From Methanocaldococcus jannaschii DSM 2661 (GTDB lineage: Archaea; AGJL01; Methanococci; Methanococcales; Methanocaldococcaceae), in assembly GCF_000091665.1 (NCBI RefSeq), contig NC_000909.1:212871-244870 (forward strand): 32,000 nt of DNA, in the 5' to 3' direction. Below the pieces are notes generated by a model. The model was not told where the DNA came from. It made no database searches and was given only the letters and a program-made list of their open reading frames with translations. Shown piece by piece: positions 1 through 8,670 of this stretch; positions within the stretch are counted from its first letter, which is position 1, and each line of letters starts with the position of its first letter. The translations under genes and the position numbers were made by a program.

Positions 1-1269
1 ACCAAGCTTATTAGCTCCCTCACTAACTTTTCCAATTTTTTTCCAAATAAATAAACCTATTATAGTCAATAGCAAACCATAAACAGCGTCTGTTAGCATA
101 ATTCCATAGAACAATAGGAAACCAGGAACCAGCAATAATGTTGGATCAACTTCATTGTATTTTGGTAGAGCATACATCTCTGTGAGCATCTCAAATGGTT
201 TGATAACCTTTGGATTGTCAAGTAGAACAGGTATTTTCTCTTCTGGTTCATCTGGTTCAGTTATTTCAACAAATGCAAAACCATCTGCTGAATTTTCTAT
301 TAAGCTTTTAGCTTTTTCAGCATCTCTTGCAGGAACCCATGCCTCTATGTAGTATGTTCTATCGGTCTTACCAAATTGTGAATAAGCATCTCCTCTTGCC
401 TTCTCTATTGATAACAATTCATAAACAGCTAACAATTCCTTTTCCCATTTTTGTGCTAATGCTTTCAACTTTTCTATTAAGCTGTTTCTCTCTGATTCTA
501 TTGCCTTTAATTCACTCTCTATTTTTGAGAGAGCCTCACTTGGTGTTCCTTCAACATCACTTATGTCATATCTTTCAAACTCAAACTTTCTAATCTCTGA
601 TAAAACATTCTCAAGCTTCTCTTTCAATGTAACAAATACAATTGGAACCCTAATCTTCTTATCCTTTTCAAATTCACTTCCAGAGAATATTCCAATATAT
701 CCATCTGCTACTTTATCAAGTTCTGCTTTCAATTCTCCAAGCTTTTCCTTAGGAACACTTCCTGCCCCAATAAATACATACTCTCCAGAACCAAGGTATT
801 TTAAATCAAACTCTAAACCTTTTAAATAAGATATCTGCTCTTTCAGCTGTAATAACTTTGATTTTTTGTTATCTAACTCTGATAATCTCTCAGCAGGTCC
901 ATCAACCTCTTTGCTAATCTCATTTAATACCTTTTCAGCATAATCAATAACTTCCTGATATGAGTTGAAGGAAACTTTCTTCTTTTCCACTGGCTTTGGG
1001 TTTAAGATATCTTTTATACTTGTCTCCTTCTGACTAACACTTGAAAACATGTCCAATATTCTACCTGCTTTTATCATCAATGATGTAACATTTCTAACAT
1101 AATCAGCTGATGATGAAGGTGATAACAATGTCTTCCATTCTAAATCCTCCAACTTTTCAGATAAATCACAGAGTTCCACTATCCCTTCTTCATGTAAGCT
1201 TCTTACAACATTATCAATTTTTTCATCCAATATCACCGCTTTTAACTTCTTCATTCTTACGGGTCTCAC
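1..1269 (-). CDS. atpI: A1Ao/V-type ATP synthase subunit I (membrane a-subunit), N-terminal 423 codons; the gene continues past the left edge
   Basis: I hand-translated the minus strand from GTG at 1269-1267. It is open to position 1 with no stop: VRPVRMKKLKAVILDEKIDNVVRSLHEEGIVELCDL...NPKVIKPFEMLTEMYALPKYNEVDPTLLLVPGFLLFYGIMLTDAVYG. This is the typical subunit I/a architecture. It lies directly downstream of atpH. It is missing from the ORF track because it has no stop inside the window. Confidence 0.85.
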   Translation of the reverse strand, partial: MRPVRMKKLKAVILDEKIDNVVRSLHEEGIVELCDLSEKLEDLEWKTLLSPSSSADYVRNVTSLMIKAGRILDMFSSVSQKETSIKDILNPKPVEKKKVSFNSYQEVIDYAEKVLNEISKEVDGPAERLSELDNKKSKLLQLKEQISYLKGLEFDLKYLGSGEYVFIGAGSVPKEKLGELKAELDKVADGYIGIFSGSEFEKDKKIRVPIVFVTLKEKLENVLSEIRKFEFERYDISDVEGTPSEALSKIESELKAIESERNSLIEKLKALAQKWEKELLAVYELLSIEKARGDAYSQFGKTDRTYYIEAWVPARDAEKAKSLIENSADGFAFVEITEPDEPEEKIPVLLDNPKVIKPFEMLTEMYALPKYNEVDPTLLLVPGFLLFYGIMLTDAVYGLLLTIIGLFIWKKIGKVSEGANKLG

Positions 1270-1286
1270 TAAAATCACCTTTTTAT

Positions 1287-1601
1287 TTAAATTTCAAGAA
1301 TCTCAGACAATTTCAACGAAAGTATCTTAACCTTGGCAATGGATATGATTTCTTTTATCTCTTTTTCTGTCTCTTCAAGAATCTTTTCAGCTTCTTTTTT
1401 TGCTTCTTCCTCTGCCTTTTTAATCATCTCTTCAACAAGTTTTTTTGCCTCTTCTTCAGCTTCAGCAATGAGTTTTTTTGCTTCTTCAATTGCCTCTGCT
1501 TTTATCTGCTCAGCTCTATTTTTTGCTTCCTCTATTTCTTTAACTGCCTGTTCTTCAGCTAATTTTACTTCTTTTATTGCTTCCATAACACTAACGCTCA
1601 T
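1287..1601 (-). CDS. atpH: A-type ATP synthase subunit H (small Glu/Lys/Ala-rich coiled-coil stator protein)
   Basis: 104-aa ORF with an EAK-rich heptad composition, immediately upstream of atpI on the same strand. This is the first-gene position of archaeal aha/atp operons. Confidence 0.7.
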
Positions 1602-1689
1602 ACTTCCACCTGCAGTTATTGGTAATATTTTAAAATAGGGTTATGTATATAAAATTTTTTATCTCTGACTCTATCAAATATTTTTAATA

Positions 1690-2199
1690 TCAAATGTATT
1701 TAGTATAGCAATATATCACAGCTGGAATACTGCCAATAGCAGTGCAAGTTTCTAAAGACACCCTTTTTTCAGTTACATCTAAATGATAGACACAAGATTC
1801 CATTATATCTTTTGGTAGTCCATGCCTACCCAATCCAACATATACGCCAATTGGTTTTTTCTTTAATAAATAGGCAGTATCTAACGGAGTTATAGCCTTT
1901 TTTTCATCTGGTTTGGATGTTGAGGCAATTGGAATTCCAAATTGTGGTAGAAATTTATCAACAATAAAAAATCTATTTTTTTCGATTAATTTTTCTAAAT
2001 ACTCCCCAGAATTACCAATAGTAGTTTTTATATTTAAAATATCCTCCATCTTACATGGAAAGTCCATTATCGCTAAGTTACAATCAAACGCATAACAGAT
2101 TGGGGCGGCTCTTGCTATAGCTCTCTTGTGAGCTTCATGCCATCTTGTTTTATCATAGGAGTTGTATAAAATTAACGTCAGCCTCTTCAACTTTTTCAT
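1690..2199 (-). CDS. Conserved archaeal protein of unknown function (C-terminus weakly resembles a SPOUT-type knot)
   Basis: 169-aa ORF with clean coding composition. The C-terminal GLGRHGLP...VSLETCTAIGSIPAVI motif is suggestive only. Confidence 0.6.
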   Translation of the reverse strand: MKKLKRLTLILYNSYDKTRWHEAHKRAIARAAPICYAFDCNLAIMDFPCKMEDILNIKTTIGNSGEYLEKLIEKNRFFIVDKFLPQFGIPIASTSKPDEKKAITPLDTAYLLKKKPIGVYVGLGRHGLPKDIMESCVYHLDVTEKRVSLETCTAIGSIPAVIYCYTKYI

Positions 2200-2339
2200 A
2201 CTTTACCTCAGGAGGAAATATGTTTCCTATTTAAATAGGTTTTTATAATTATGGGAAAACTTATTAATATATATTTATCTTTTGCACGAAACCGAAAAGT
2301 ATATATATGAGTTCATCTATTCTATAATTCGCTTGCGGT

Positions 2340-2427
2340 GCAGGGGTCGCCAAGCCTGGCCAAAGGCGCCGGACTTAAGATCCGGTCCCGTAGGGGTTCG
2401 GGGGTTCAAATCCCCTCCCCTGCACCA
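2340..2427 (+). tRNA. tRNA-Leu (anticodon UAA), long variable arm, genomically encoded CCA
   Basis: Acceptor stem GCAGGGG/CCCCTGC. Anticodon arm CCGGA-CTTAAGA-TCCGG. Variable arm TCCCGTAGGGGTTC. T-arm GGGGG-TTCAAAT-CCCCT. Ends ACCA. A TATATATA box sits about 35 nt upstream. Confidence 0.95.
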
Positions 2428-2578
2428 TTTTTATTTTAGGTAATAATATTTATTAATTTAAATTAATAAAGATTACAATTTTAAAAACGAAATTTTTAAA
2501 TATTTTTAAAATTTTCAAATAATCTTTTTTAATATAAGTTTAAATATTTAGAAGCATAATTATAATTTCATTTTTTAG

Positions 2579-3370
2579 GTGATGAGATTGGAGAAAGTTT
2601 TCTATCTAACCAATCCTACTACCAAAGATTTAGAAAATTTTATTGATATGTATGTGTTTAAATATATATTAATATTATTAGCTCGATGTAAAGTTTTTTA
2701 TGAAGGCAGAGCTAAAAGTCAGTTAGAAGAGGGAGATAGAGTCATTATAATAAAACCAGATGGAGCCTTTTTAATTCATAAAGATAAAAAAAGAGAACCT
2801 GTAAATTGGCAACCTTCTGGAAGTAGTATAATATGGGAAGTTGAAGATAACTTTTTCATTTTAAAAAGCATTAGAAGAAAGCCAAAAGAAGAGTTAAAGG
2901 TTGTTATTTCAGAAGTTTATCATGCATGTGCTTTTAACTGTGAAGATTATGAAGAGATAAATCTAAGGGGTAGTGAATCAGAGATGGCAGAGATGATTTT
3001 TAGAAATCCAGATTTGATTGAAGAAGGATTTAAGCCCATATCAAGAGAGTATCAGATTCCCACTGGAATCGTTGATATTTTAGGAAAAGATAAAGAGAAT
3101 AAATGGGTTATCTTAGAGCTAAAGAGAAGGAGAGCTGATTTACAGGCAGTTTCTCAACTAAAAAGGTATGTGGAATATTTTAAAAACAAATATGGTGAGG
3201 ATAAAGTTAGAGGAATTTTGGTTTCTCCCTCTTTAACTACTGGGGCGGAAAAATTGCTGAAAGAGGAGAACTTAGAATTTAAAAGACTTAATCCACCAAA
3301 AGGAAGTAAAAGAGATTTAAAACATAACATAAAAACTAAAAAAACAACAGTTTTAGATGAATGGCTATAA
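2579..3370 (+). CDS. nucS: Endonuclease NucS/EndoMS (RecB-like nuclease, mismatch/branched-DNA specific)
   Basis: 263-aa ORF. The C-terminal IPTGIVDILGKDKENKWVILELKRRRADLQAVSQLKRY is the PD-(D/E)xK core of NucS. The start could be GTG 2579 or ATG 2582. Confidence 0.85.
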   Translation: MMRLEKVFYLTNPTTKDLENFIDMYVFKYILILLARCKVFYEGRAKSQLEEGDRVIIIKPDGAFLIHKDKKREPVNWQPSGSSIIWEVEDNFFILKSIRRKPKEELKVVISEVYHACAFNCEDYEEINLRGSESEMAEMIFRNPDLIEEGFKPISREYQIPTGIVDILGKDKENKWVILELKRRRADLQAVSQLKRYVEYFKNKYGEDKVRGILVSPSLTTGAEKLLKEENLEFKRLNPPKGSKRDLKHNIKTKKTTVLDEWL

Positions 3371-3409
3371 AGGAAAAATTATATACTAAAAAATCTTAAA
3401 TAGATTATG

Positions 3410-3480
3410 CTCCCCAGTGGGTTAGCCCTCTTGACGTAGCAGAGCTAAAGGATGATAGAGGGTGTTAAACTGGGGAGACA
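3410..3480 (+). ncRNA. Candidate single-hairpin H/ACA guide sRNA
   Basis: GC-rich island in AT-rich spacer. Lower stem CTCCCCAGT (3410-3418) pairs with ACTGGGGAG (3469-3477). Pocket strands are GGGTTAG (3419-3425) and TGTTAA (3463-3468). Upper stem CCCTCT (3426-3431) pairs with AGAGGG (3457-3462). The apical region has UGA...GAUGAU GA motifs resembling a K-turn. ACA (3478-3480) follows the lower stem directly. A TATA-like AAATTATATACT lies about 26 nt upstream. Confidence 0.55.
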
Positions 3481-3544
3481 CTCTCTTTATAAAAATATAC
3501 CTTATTTATTCTAAAATGTTTTGCAAAGAACTCTTGGTGAAATC

Positions 3545-4102
3545 ATGAAAATCTATTTTGCTACAGGAAATCCAAATAAAATTAAAGAAGCAAATATTAT
3601 TTTAAAAGATTTAAAAGATGTAGAGATCGAACAGATAAAAATTAGCTATCCAGAAATTCAGGGAACATTGGAAGAGGTTGCTGAATTTGGGGCAAAGTGG
3701 GTTTATAATATATTAAAAAAGCCAGTTATTGTTGAAGATAGTGGATTTTTTGTTGAGGCATTAAATGGATTTCCTGGAACATATTCAAAGTTTGTTCAAG
3801 AGACTATAGGAAATGAAGGAATTTTAAAACTCTTAGAAGGTAAAGACAATAGAAATGCCTATTTTAAAACAGTTATCGGTTACTGTGATGAGAATGGGGT
3901 TAGATTATTTAAAGGGATTGTTAAAGGTAGAGTTTCAGAAGAAATAAGAAGTAAAGGATATGGATTTGCTTATGACAGTATTTTTATCCCAGAAGAAGAA
4001 GAAAGAACTTTTGCAGAAATGACAACAGAAGAGAAAAGCCAAATCTCCCACAGAAAAAAAGCTTTTGAAGAGTTTAAAAAGTTTTTATTGGATAGGATTT
4101 AA
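3545..4102 (+). CDS. rdgB: Non-canonical NTP pyrophosphatase (ITPase/XTPase, HAM1/RdgB family)
   Basis: [16 protein letters not shown]...SHRKKAF is the HAM1 signature. ATG 3545 gives 185 aa. The ORF-track start at TTG 3521 is probably an upstream extension. Confidence 0.9.
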
Positions 4103-4666
4103 ATGGTTTCTAATAGTTTTTTCAACATTTCCATCTCTATCTATTAAATAAATACTAAAAAATAATCTTGATTTTGGAACTAAAATGACATATTTTGTGT
4201 TATTTTTAGATTTTATTTTATATCCTTTAAAAAACTTCCAAGGTAAAACAATATAACGGTTTAAAAATGGTTTTAAAGTGTTGAATATTTTAATATATAC
4301 TGCAATTCCTTCTTTATAAATCTCAACAGTTCCAGAGGCAGGAGTGAGTTTGTCATAAATGATGGCAATAAACAAAAATATAAGCGAAAATGTTAATATC
4401 TCATCATGAGGGCGATTTATATTTATTAAAATATAAAATCCAGAACATAAAGCAATTATTTCCACTATTAATATAAAAATCCATCTGCTTCTATTCATTC
4501 CCATATTGGTTGAGGTTATATAGTGCCATTCTTCTTTTGCTTTTCTGTATTTTTTGTATAGAAGATAATCCAAAATACAATAGGGAGGATTGAAAATTAT
4601 AAAGAGTGCTATCAAATAAGGAGTAAGAAATAAAACTACTATCAATAAAATTAACTCAATATCCAT
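4085..4666 (-). CDS. Membrane protein of unknown function (3-4 N-terminal TM helices plus a soluble C-terminal domain); intact paralog of the neighbouring disrupted gene
   Basis: 193-aa ORF. It is homologous to the 4681-5293 locus: VEIYKEG...LPWKFFKGY...[18 protein letters not shown]. Its 3' end overlaps the rdgB 3' end by 18 nt. Confidence 0.75.
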
Positions 4667-4680
4667 AATAACCCCTTTAA

Positions 4681-4848
4681 TTAATGTTTAAAATGTTTTT
4701 TAAGTATTTCTTCAACTTTCCCATCTTTATCTTTTAAATATACATCTGGAGAGATATATTTTTTACCAATTAATTTTATTCTATCTCCAATTTTCTCATA
4801 GCCATCAAAACCTTTCCAAGTGTAAAATTGGTTAAAATGGTGTCTTTC
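4681..4848 (-). pseudogene. Displaced C-terminal 55 codons of the disrupted membrane-protein paralog
   Basis: Hand translation gives ERHHFNQFYTWKGFDGYEKIGDRIKLIGKKYISPDVYLKDKDGKVEEILKKHFKH, stop at 4683-4681. It aligns to the C-terminus of the 4085-4666 protein (WK.F.GY, YL.D.DG.VE). It has no start codon of its own and is in a different frame from 4925-5293. Confidence 0.7.
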
Positions 4849-4933
4849 AAAACTTCCTGAATAACCAAGGCACTAATGAATGCCTTCCTTTGGAAGGCGT
4901 TCAAATCTTCCTTAATAAATTTTATCAATTTTG
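4849..4933 (-). mobile_element. 85-bp hairpin-rich insertion interrupting the paralog gene
   Basis: Removing exactly 4849-4933 (85 nt, equal to 1 mod 3) joins ...YKDGFYGVF to ERHHFNQFYTWKG... in frame. The flanks are a 14-bp inverted repeat, GGTGTCTTTCAAAA at 4839-4852 and its reverse complement at 4929-4942. Internal overlapping hairpins: 4867-4872/4881-4886, 4882-4888/4892-4898 and 4892-4896/4907-4911. Confidence 0.55.
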
Positions 4934-5293
4934 AAAGACACCATAAAAGCCATCTTTATATATTTCAACCCTATATTTTTTAAAGCAAAATAAATAAATA
5001 ATTAAAAAGTAGGAGAACAACATAGTTAATCCTAAATATAAGTCAAAATTAAAAACAAAGCATATAAACAAAGCAAAAATAACAAATACTATGGTAAATG
5101 TCAATAAAATACTGTAAAACATATATGGAGAAAAGTTTTTCAAATTATCTACATAAACATAAATAATTTCCTTATTTTTTCTTTCTAATTTTGAGTATTT
5201 GATGAAAGCATATAGTGAAATAAATCCAAAAATAAAAGATAAAAATCCAGCGTAAAGATAAATAGCCAATCCAACCACATTCATTGTTCCCAC
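4925..5293 (-). CDS. N-terminal (TM) portion of the disrupted membrane-protein paralog, terminated by a stop inside the insertion
   Basis: 122-aa ORF ending ...[18 protein letters not shown] and the stop are encoded by the inserted segment. Its homology to the neighbouring gene continues at 4848-4681. Confidence 0.7.
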
Positions 5294-5347
5294 CTATAGT
5301 ATATGCATTTACCTAATTCCCAAATATATAAAAATTTTGGTGAAAGC

Positions 5348-6229
5348 ATGAATCCCTTTGATATAATGAAAGCTTCTCAAATAGCCTGTTGCTTAGAAGT
5401 TAGCTCCTTTAAACCTGGAAATGTTCATAGAAATAGGGATTATAGAGACATCAAATATCATCACTTTATAAATGCTGGAATTGCATTTGGAAATGTTGTT
5501 TATGAAGCAGCTCAAAAAGATAGAGATGTTGGTTTATACATAAAAAAAGCAGTTATTGAGAGTAAAAAATGGTCTCCAACTAATGCCAACTTAGGAATTA
5601 TAATGCTACACATCCCTATAGCCATGGCTGCTGGAAAATTAGAAAATTTTGATGAAAATAAATTAAAAGAGAATTTAAAGAAGATTGCTGAAAATACAAC
5701 TGTTGAAGATGCCTTAAATGTTTATGATGCTATAAATATAGCAATGGCTTATGTTAATAAACCAAAGAAAGGGCCTGATGTTACTTCAGAAGATGCAAAA
5801 AAAGAACTTATTGAAAAAGGATTAACTCTTTTGGATGTTTATAAAATATCTGCAGAATGGGATAATATAAGCAAAGAATGGGTTGATAACTTTAAAATCT
5901 CATTTGAAGGCTATAATTTATTAAAAAAGTATTATGATGAGCTCAACAATATCAACTTAGCTGTAACAAAAACATTTTTAAACCTATTGGCTAAATATCC
6001 TGATACATTAATTGCAAGAAAGAGAGGTTTTGAAACTGCCTTAAAAGTTTCTAAAATGGCTGAAGATGTGTTAAATAACTTTAAAGAAGAAAAGGTCAAA
6101 GAATTTGACAAATATTTATCAAAAGAAGGAAATAAATTAAATCCCGGAACAACTGCTGATTTAATTGCATCAAGTTTAATGATATTTATATTAGACAGAA
6201 TAGATAAGAGAGAGACAATACTTTGGTGA
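5348..6229 (+). CDS. CitG/MdcB-family protein (triphosphoribosyl-dephospho-CoA synthase-like)
   Basis: [17 protein letters not shown] and [13 protein letters not shown] motifs are typical of the CitG family. ATG 5348 is preceded by GGTGA. The track start at 5303 lies inside the TATA/SD region. Confidence 0.6.
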
Positions 6230-6233
6230 GAGA

Positions 6234-7967
6234 ATGGAAAAAGATATTTACGAAAAAATTATGGATTTAGCAAAAAGAAGAGGTTACTTATGGAGTTCAT
6301 TTGAAATCTATGGAGGAATTGCAGGATTTGTTGATTACGGACCTTTAGGATGTTTATTAAAAAATAACATCATATCAAAGTTTAGAGAGCAATATATTAT
6401 TAAAGAAGGATTTTATGAGATTGAAAGCCCAACAGTAACACCTTATGAAGTTTTAAAGGCATCTGGGCACGTTGATAACTTTACAGACCCAATTGTTGAG
6501 TGTAAAAACTGCTTAGAGTCGTTTAGAGCTGACCACTTAATTGAAGAATTTGTAGATGTAGATACAGAAGGAAAAACATTAAAGGAATTAGATGAATTAA
6601 TCAGAAAACACAATATAAGATGTCCAAAGTGTGGAGGAGAGCTTGGAGAGGTTAAGAAATTTAACTTAATGTTTGTCACATCTATAGGTCCGGGAGGAAA
6701 GAGAACTGGATACATGAGACCTGAAACAGCACAGGGAATATTTATACAGTTTAGGAGATTAGCCCAATTCTTTAGAAATAAATTGCCTTTTGGTGTTGTT
6801 CAAATTGGTAAAAGTTATAGAAATGAGATTTCCCCAAGGCAGGGAGTTATTAGGTTGAGAGAATTCACCCAGGCAGAGATTGAATATTTTGTCCATCCAG
6901 AGAGAAAGGAGCATGAGAAATTTGATTTAGTTAAAGATGAAGTTGTTCCATTATTACCGGCTGAAAGGCAGATGGATGAAAACTTAAGTGATGATGAAAA
7001 GGTAATTAAGATAAGTATTGGTGAGGCTGTTGAGAAAGGAATTATAAGGCATCAAACAATTGCCTACTTTATAGCTCTAACAAAGAGGTTTTTAGAAGCA
7101 ATTGGAATTGATAAAGATAAAATAAGATTTAGACAGCACCTCCCAAATGAGATGGCACACTATGCTATTGACTGTTGGGATGCTGAAATATACACAGAGA
7201 GATTTGGATGGATTGAGTGTGTTGGGATTGCAGATAGAACAGATTATGACTTAAGAAGCCACTCTGCTCATAGTGGAGTTGAACTCTCAGTATTTGTTGA
7301 GCTTGATGAAGAAAGAGAGATTGAAACTTATGAAATAAATCTAAATTATAAAGTTGTTGGAAAGATATTTAAGAAAGATACAAAGGCAATTGAGGCATAT
7401 ATAAACAACTTAAGTGAAAAAGAAAAAGAAGAATTTGTTAAAAACATTGAAAATGATGGAAAAGTAATAATAAACATTGATGGAAAGGAATTTGAGATTT
7501 TAAAGGATTATGTTGAAATTAAAAAGGTTAAAAAAGTTATTAAAGGAGAGAAAGTTATCCCTCACGTTATAGAGCCATCCTATGGAATTGATAGAATAAC
7601 CTACTGTTTATTAGAACACTCTTACAGAGAGGAAGAAGATAGAGTTTATTTAGATTTAAAACCATCAATTGCCCCTATAAAAGCTTATGTTCTGCCGTTG
7701 GTTAATAAAGATGATATGCCAAAAATAGCTAAAGAAATAGAGCAAATGTTGAGAGAAAATGGTATTATAGCTGAGTATGATGACAGTGGAGCTATTGGAA
7801 GGAGATATATGAGAGCTGATGAAATTGGAGTTCCATTCTGTATAACAGTAGATGGACAAACATTAGAGGATAGAACTGTAACTGTTAGGGAGAGAAATAC
7901 AAGAGAACAAGTTAGAGTTAAAATAGATGAGCTCGTTGATTATTTAAAAGAAAGATTGAAAGAATAA
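6234..7967 (+). CDS. glyS: Glycyl-tRNA synthetase (archaeal/eukaryotic alpha2 type)
   Basis: 577 aa. Class II motifs are present (YMRPETAQGIF, FRNEISPR, IEPSYGIDR), followed by a C-terminal anticodon-binding domain. Confidence 0.95.
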   Translation: MEKDIYEKIMDLAKRRGYLWSSFEIYGGIAGFVDYGPLGCLLKNNIISKFREQYIIKEGFYEIESPTVTPYEVLKASGHVDNFTDPIVECKNCLESFRADHLIEEFVDVDTEGKTLKELDELIRKHNIRCPKCGGELGEVKKFNLMFVTSIGPGGKRTGYMRPETAQGIFIQFRRLAQFFRNKLPFGVVQIGKSYRNEISPRQGVIRLREFTQAEIEYFVHPERKEHEKFDLVKDEVVPLLPAERQMDENLSDDEKVIKISIGEAVEKGIIRHQTIAYFIALTKRFLEAIGIDKDKIRFRQHLPNEMAHYAIDCWDAEIYTERFGWIECVGIADRTDYDLRSHSAHSGVELSVFVELDEEREIETYEINLNYKVVGKIFKKDTKAIEAYINNLSEKEKEEFVKNIENDGKVIINIDGKEFEILKDYVEIKKVKKVIKGEKVIPHVIEPSYGIDRITYCLLEHSYREEEDRVYLDLKPSIAPIKAYVLPLVNKDDMPKIAKEIEQMLRENGIIAEYDDSGAIGRRYMRADEIGVPFCITVDGQTLEDRTVTVRERNTREQVRVKIDELVDYLKERLKE

Positions 7968-7975
7968 AAGAATAG

Positions 7976-8263
7976 CTATTCATTTTCAAATAATTTTTTT
8001 ATAATCTCATTGTCAATATAGAACTTAAATTCTTTTGCTTTATATATTCTTTTAGCTCTACTTCCTTCTAAAACCAAATCACTCTCAACTAAATCAGCAT
8101 CTTCCAATTTTCTTAAATGGGCATAGACAACAGGTCTTGATAGTTCCAACTCTTTGGCTAATTCATAAATATTTTTTGGCTGTTTATTTAAGATGTATAA
8201 TATCTTAACCCTTATTGGATTTGACAATGCCTCTCCCATTTTTACAACATCTATCAACTTCAT
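7976..8263 (-). CDS. ArsR/SmtB-family winged-helix transcriptional regulator
   Basis: 95 aa. ALSNPIRVKILYIL...IYELAKELELSRPVVYAHLRKLEDADLV is a classic ArsR HTH. Confidence 0.8.
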   Translation of the reverse strand: MKLIDVVKMGEALSNPIRVKILYILNKQPKNIYELAKELELSRPVVYAHLRKLEDADLVESDLVLEGSRAKRIYKAKEFKFYIDNEIIKKLFENE

Positions 8264-8267
8264 AAAA

Positions 8268-8513
8268 TCACTCTATCTCTTCCCATTTCTTCTTCAACTC
8301 CTTAACTATTTCTTTTATCTCCTCAACATCCTTCTCTATTTTTATAAGTTTCTCATTGTCTATTGAACTTGACTGTTTTTTTAATGGAGAGATTAGGATA
8401 TATATTATTACCGCAATGATTACTACAAAAATAATCATCCAAAGAATATCGTAAAAGGGATTTATTGCGACTCCTTCACTACCTACATAATGCACTCCAA
8501 AACCCATTGGCAT
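8268..8513 (-). CDS. Small single-pass membrane protein with an acidic coiled C-terminus, co-transcribed with the ArsR regulator
   Basis: I prefer ATG 8513, preceded by AGGTGA 5 nt upstream, over the track start at TTG 8531. There is one TM helix (ILWMIIFVVIIAVIIYILI). A 4-nt gap separates it from the downstream regulator. Confidence 0.6.
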   Translation of the reverse strand: MPMGFGVHYVGSEGVAINPFYDILWMIIFVVIIAVIIYILISPLKKQSSSIDNEKLIKIEKDVEEIKEIVKELKKKWEEIE

Positions 8514-8546
8514 TATTTCACCTACAAACAAAATTTGTAATCTCTT

Positions 8547-8560
8547 AATTACATGTAATT
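8547..8560. promoter_or_regulatory. Perfect 14-bp palindrome AATTACATGTAATT, candidate operator of the ArsR-family operon
   Basis: On the minus strand it lies about 8-10 nt downstream of a TATA-like TATATTTATTTTAA and 34-47 nt upstream of ATG 8513. An extra TGTAAT half-site is at 8536-8541. Confidence 0.45.
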
Positions 8561-8670
8561 TCCAATTAAAATAAATATACTATATCCTAATACTAATATG
8601 TATATTTTTAACTACATATATTGCCAAAAAGTTATATATAGGTTTTGTTTAATTTGTTTATATAAATTTA

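Noticed and set aside
155-1638. Plus-strand ORFs 155-352, 327-593, 563-829, 1110-1562 and 1333-1638.
   Set aside because: They run antisense to atpI and atpH. Their low-complexity S/F/L-rich products are typical of the reverse strand of Lys/Glu-rich genes.
4853-4928. A tRNA-fragment reading of the 85-bp insert: TTCAAAT T-loop-like motif and an anticodon-arm-like hairpin with loop CTAATGA.
   Set aside because: The stems and loops are 3 nt too long for tRNA arms, and the T-stem pairing fails. TTCAAAT is expected by chance in this AT-rich DNA.
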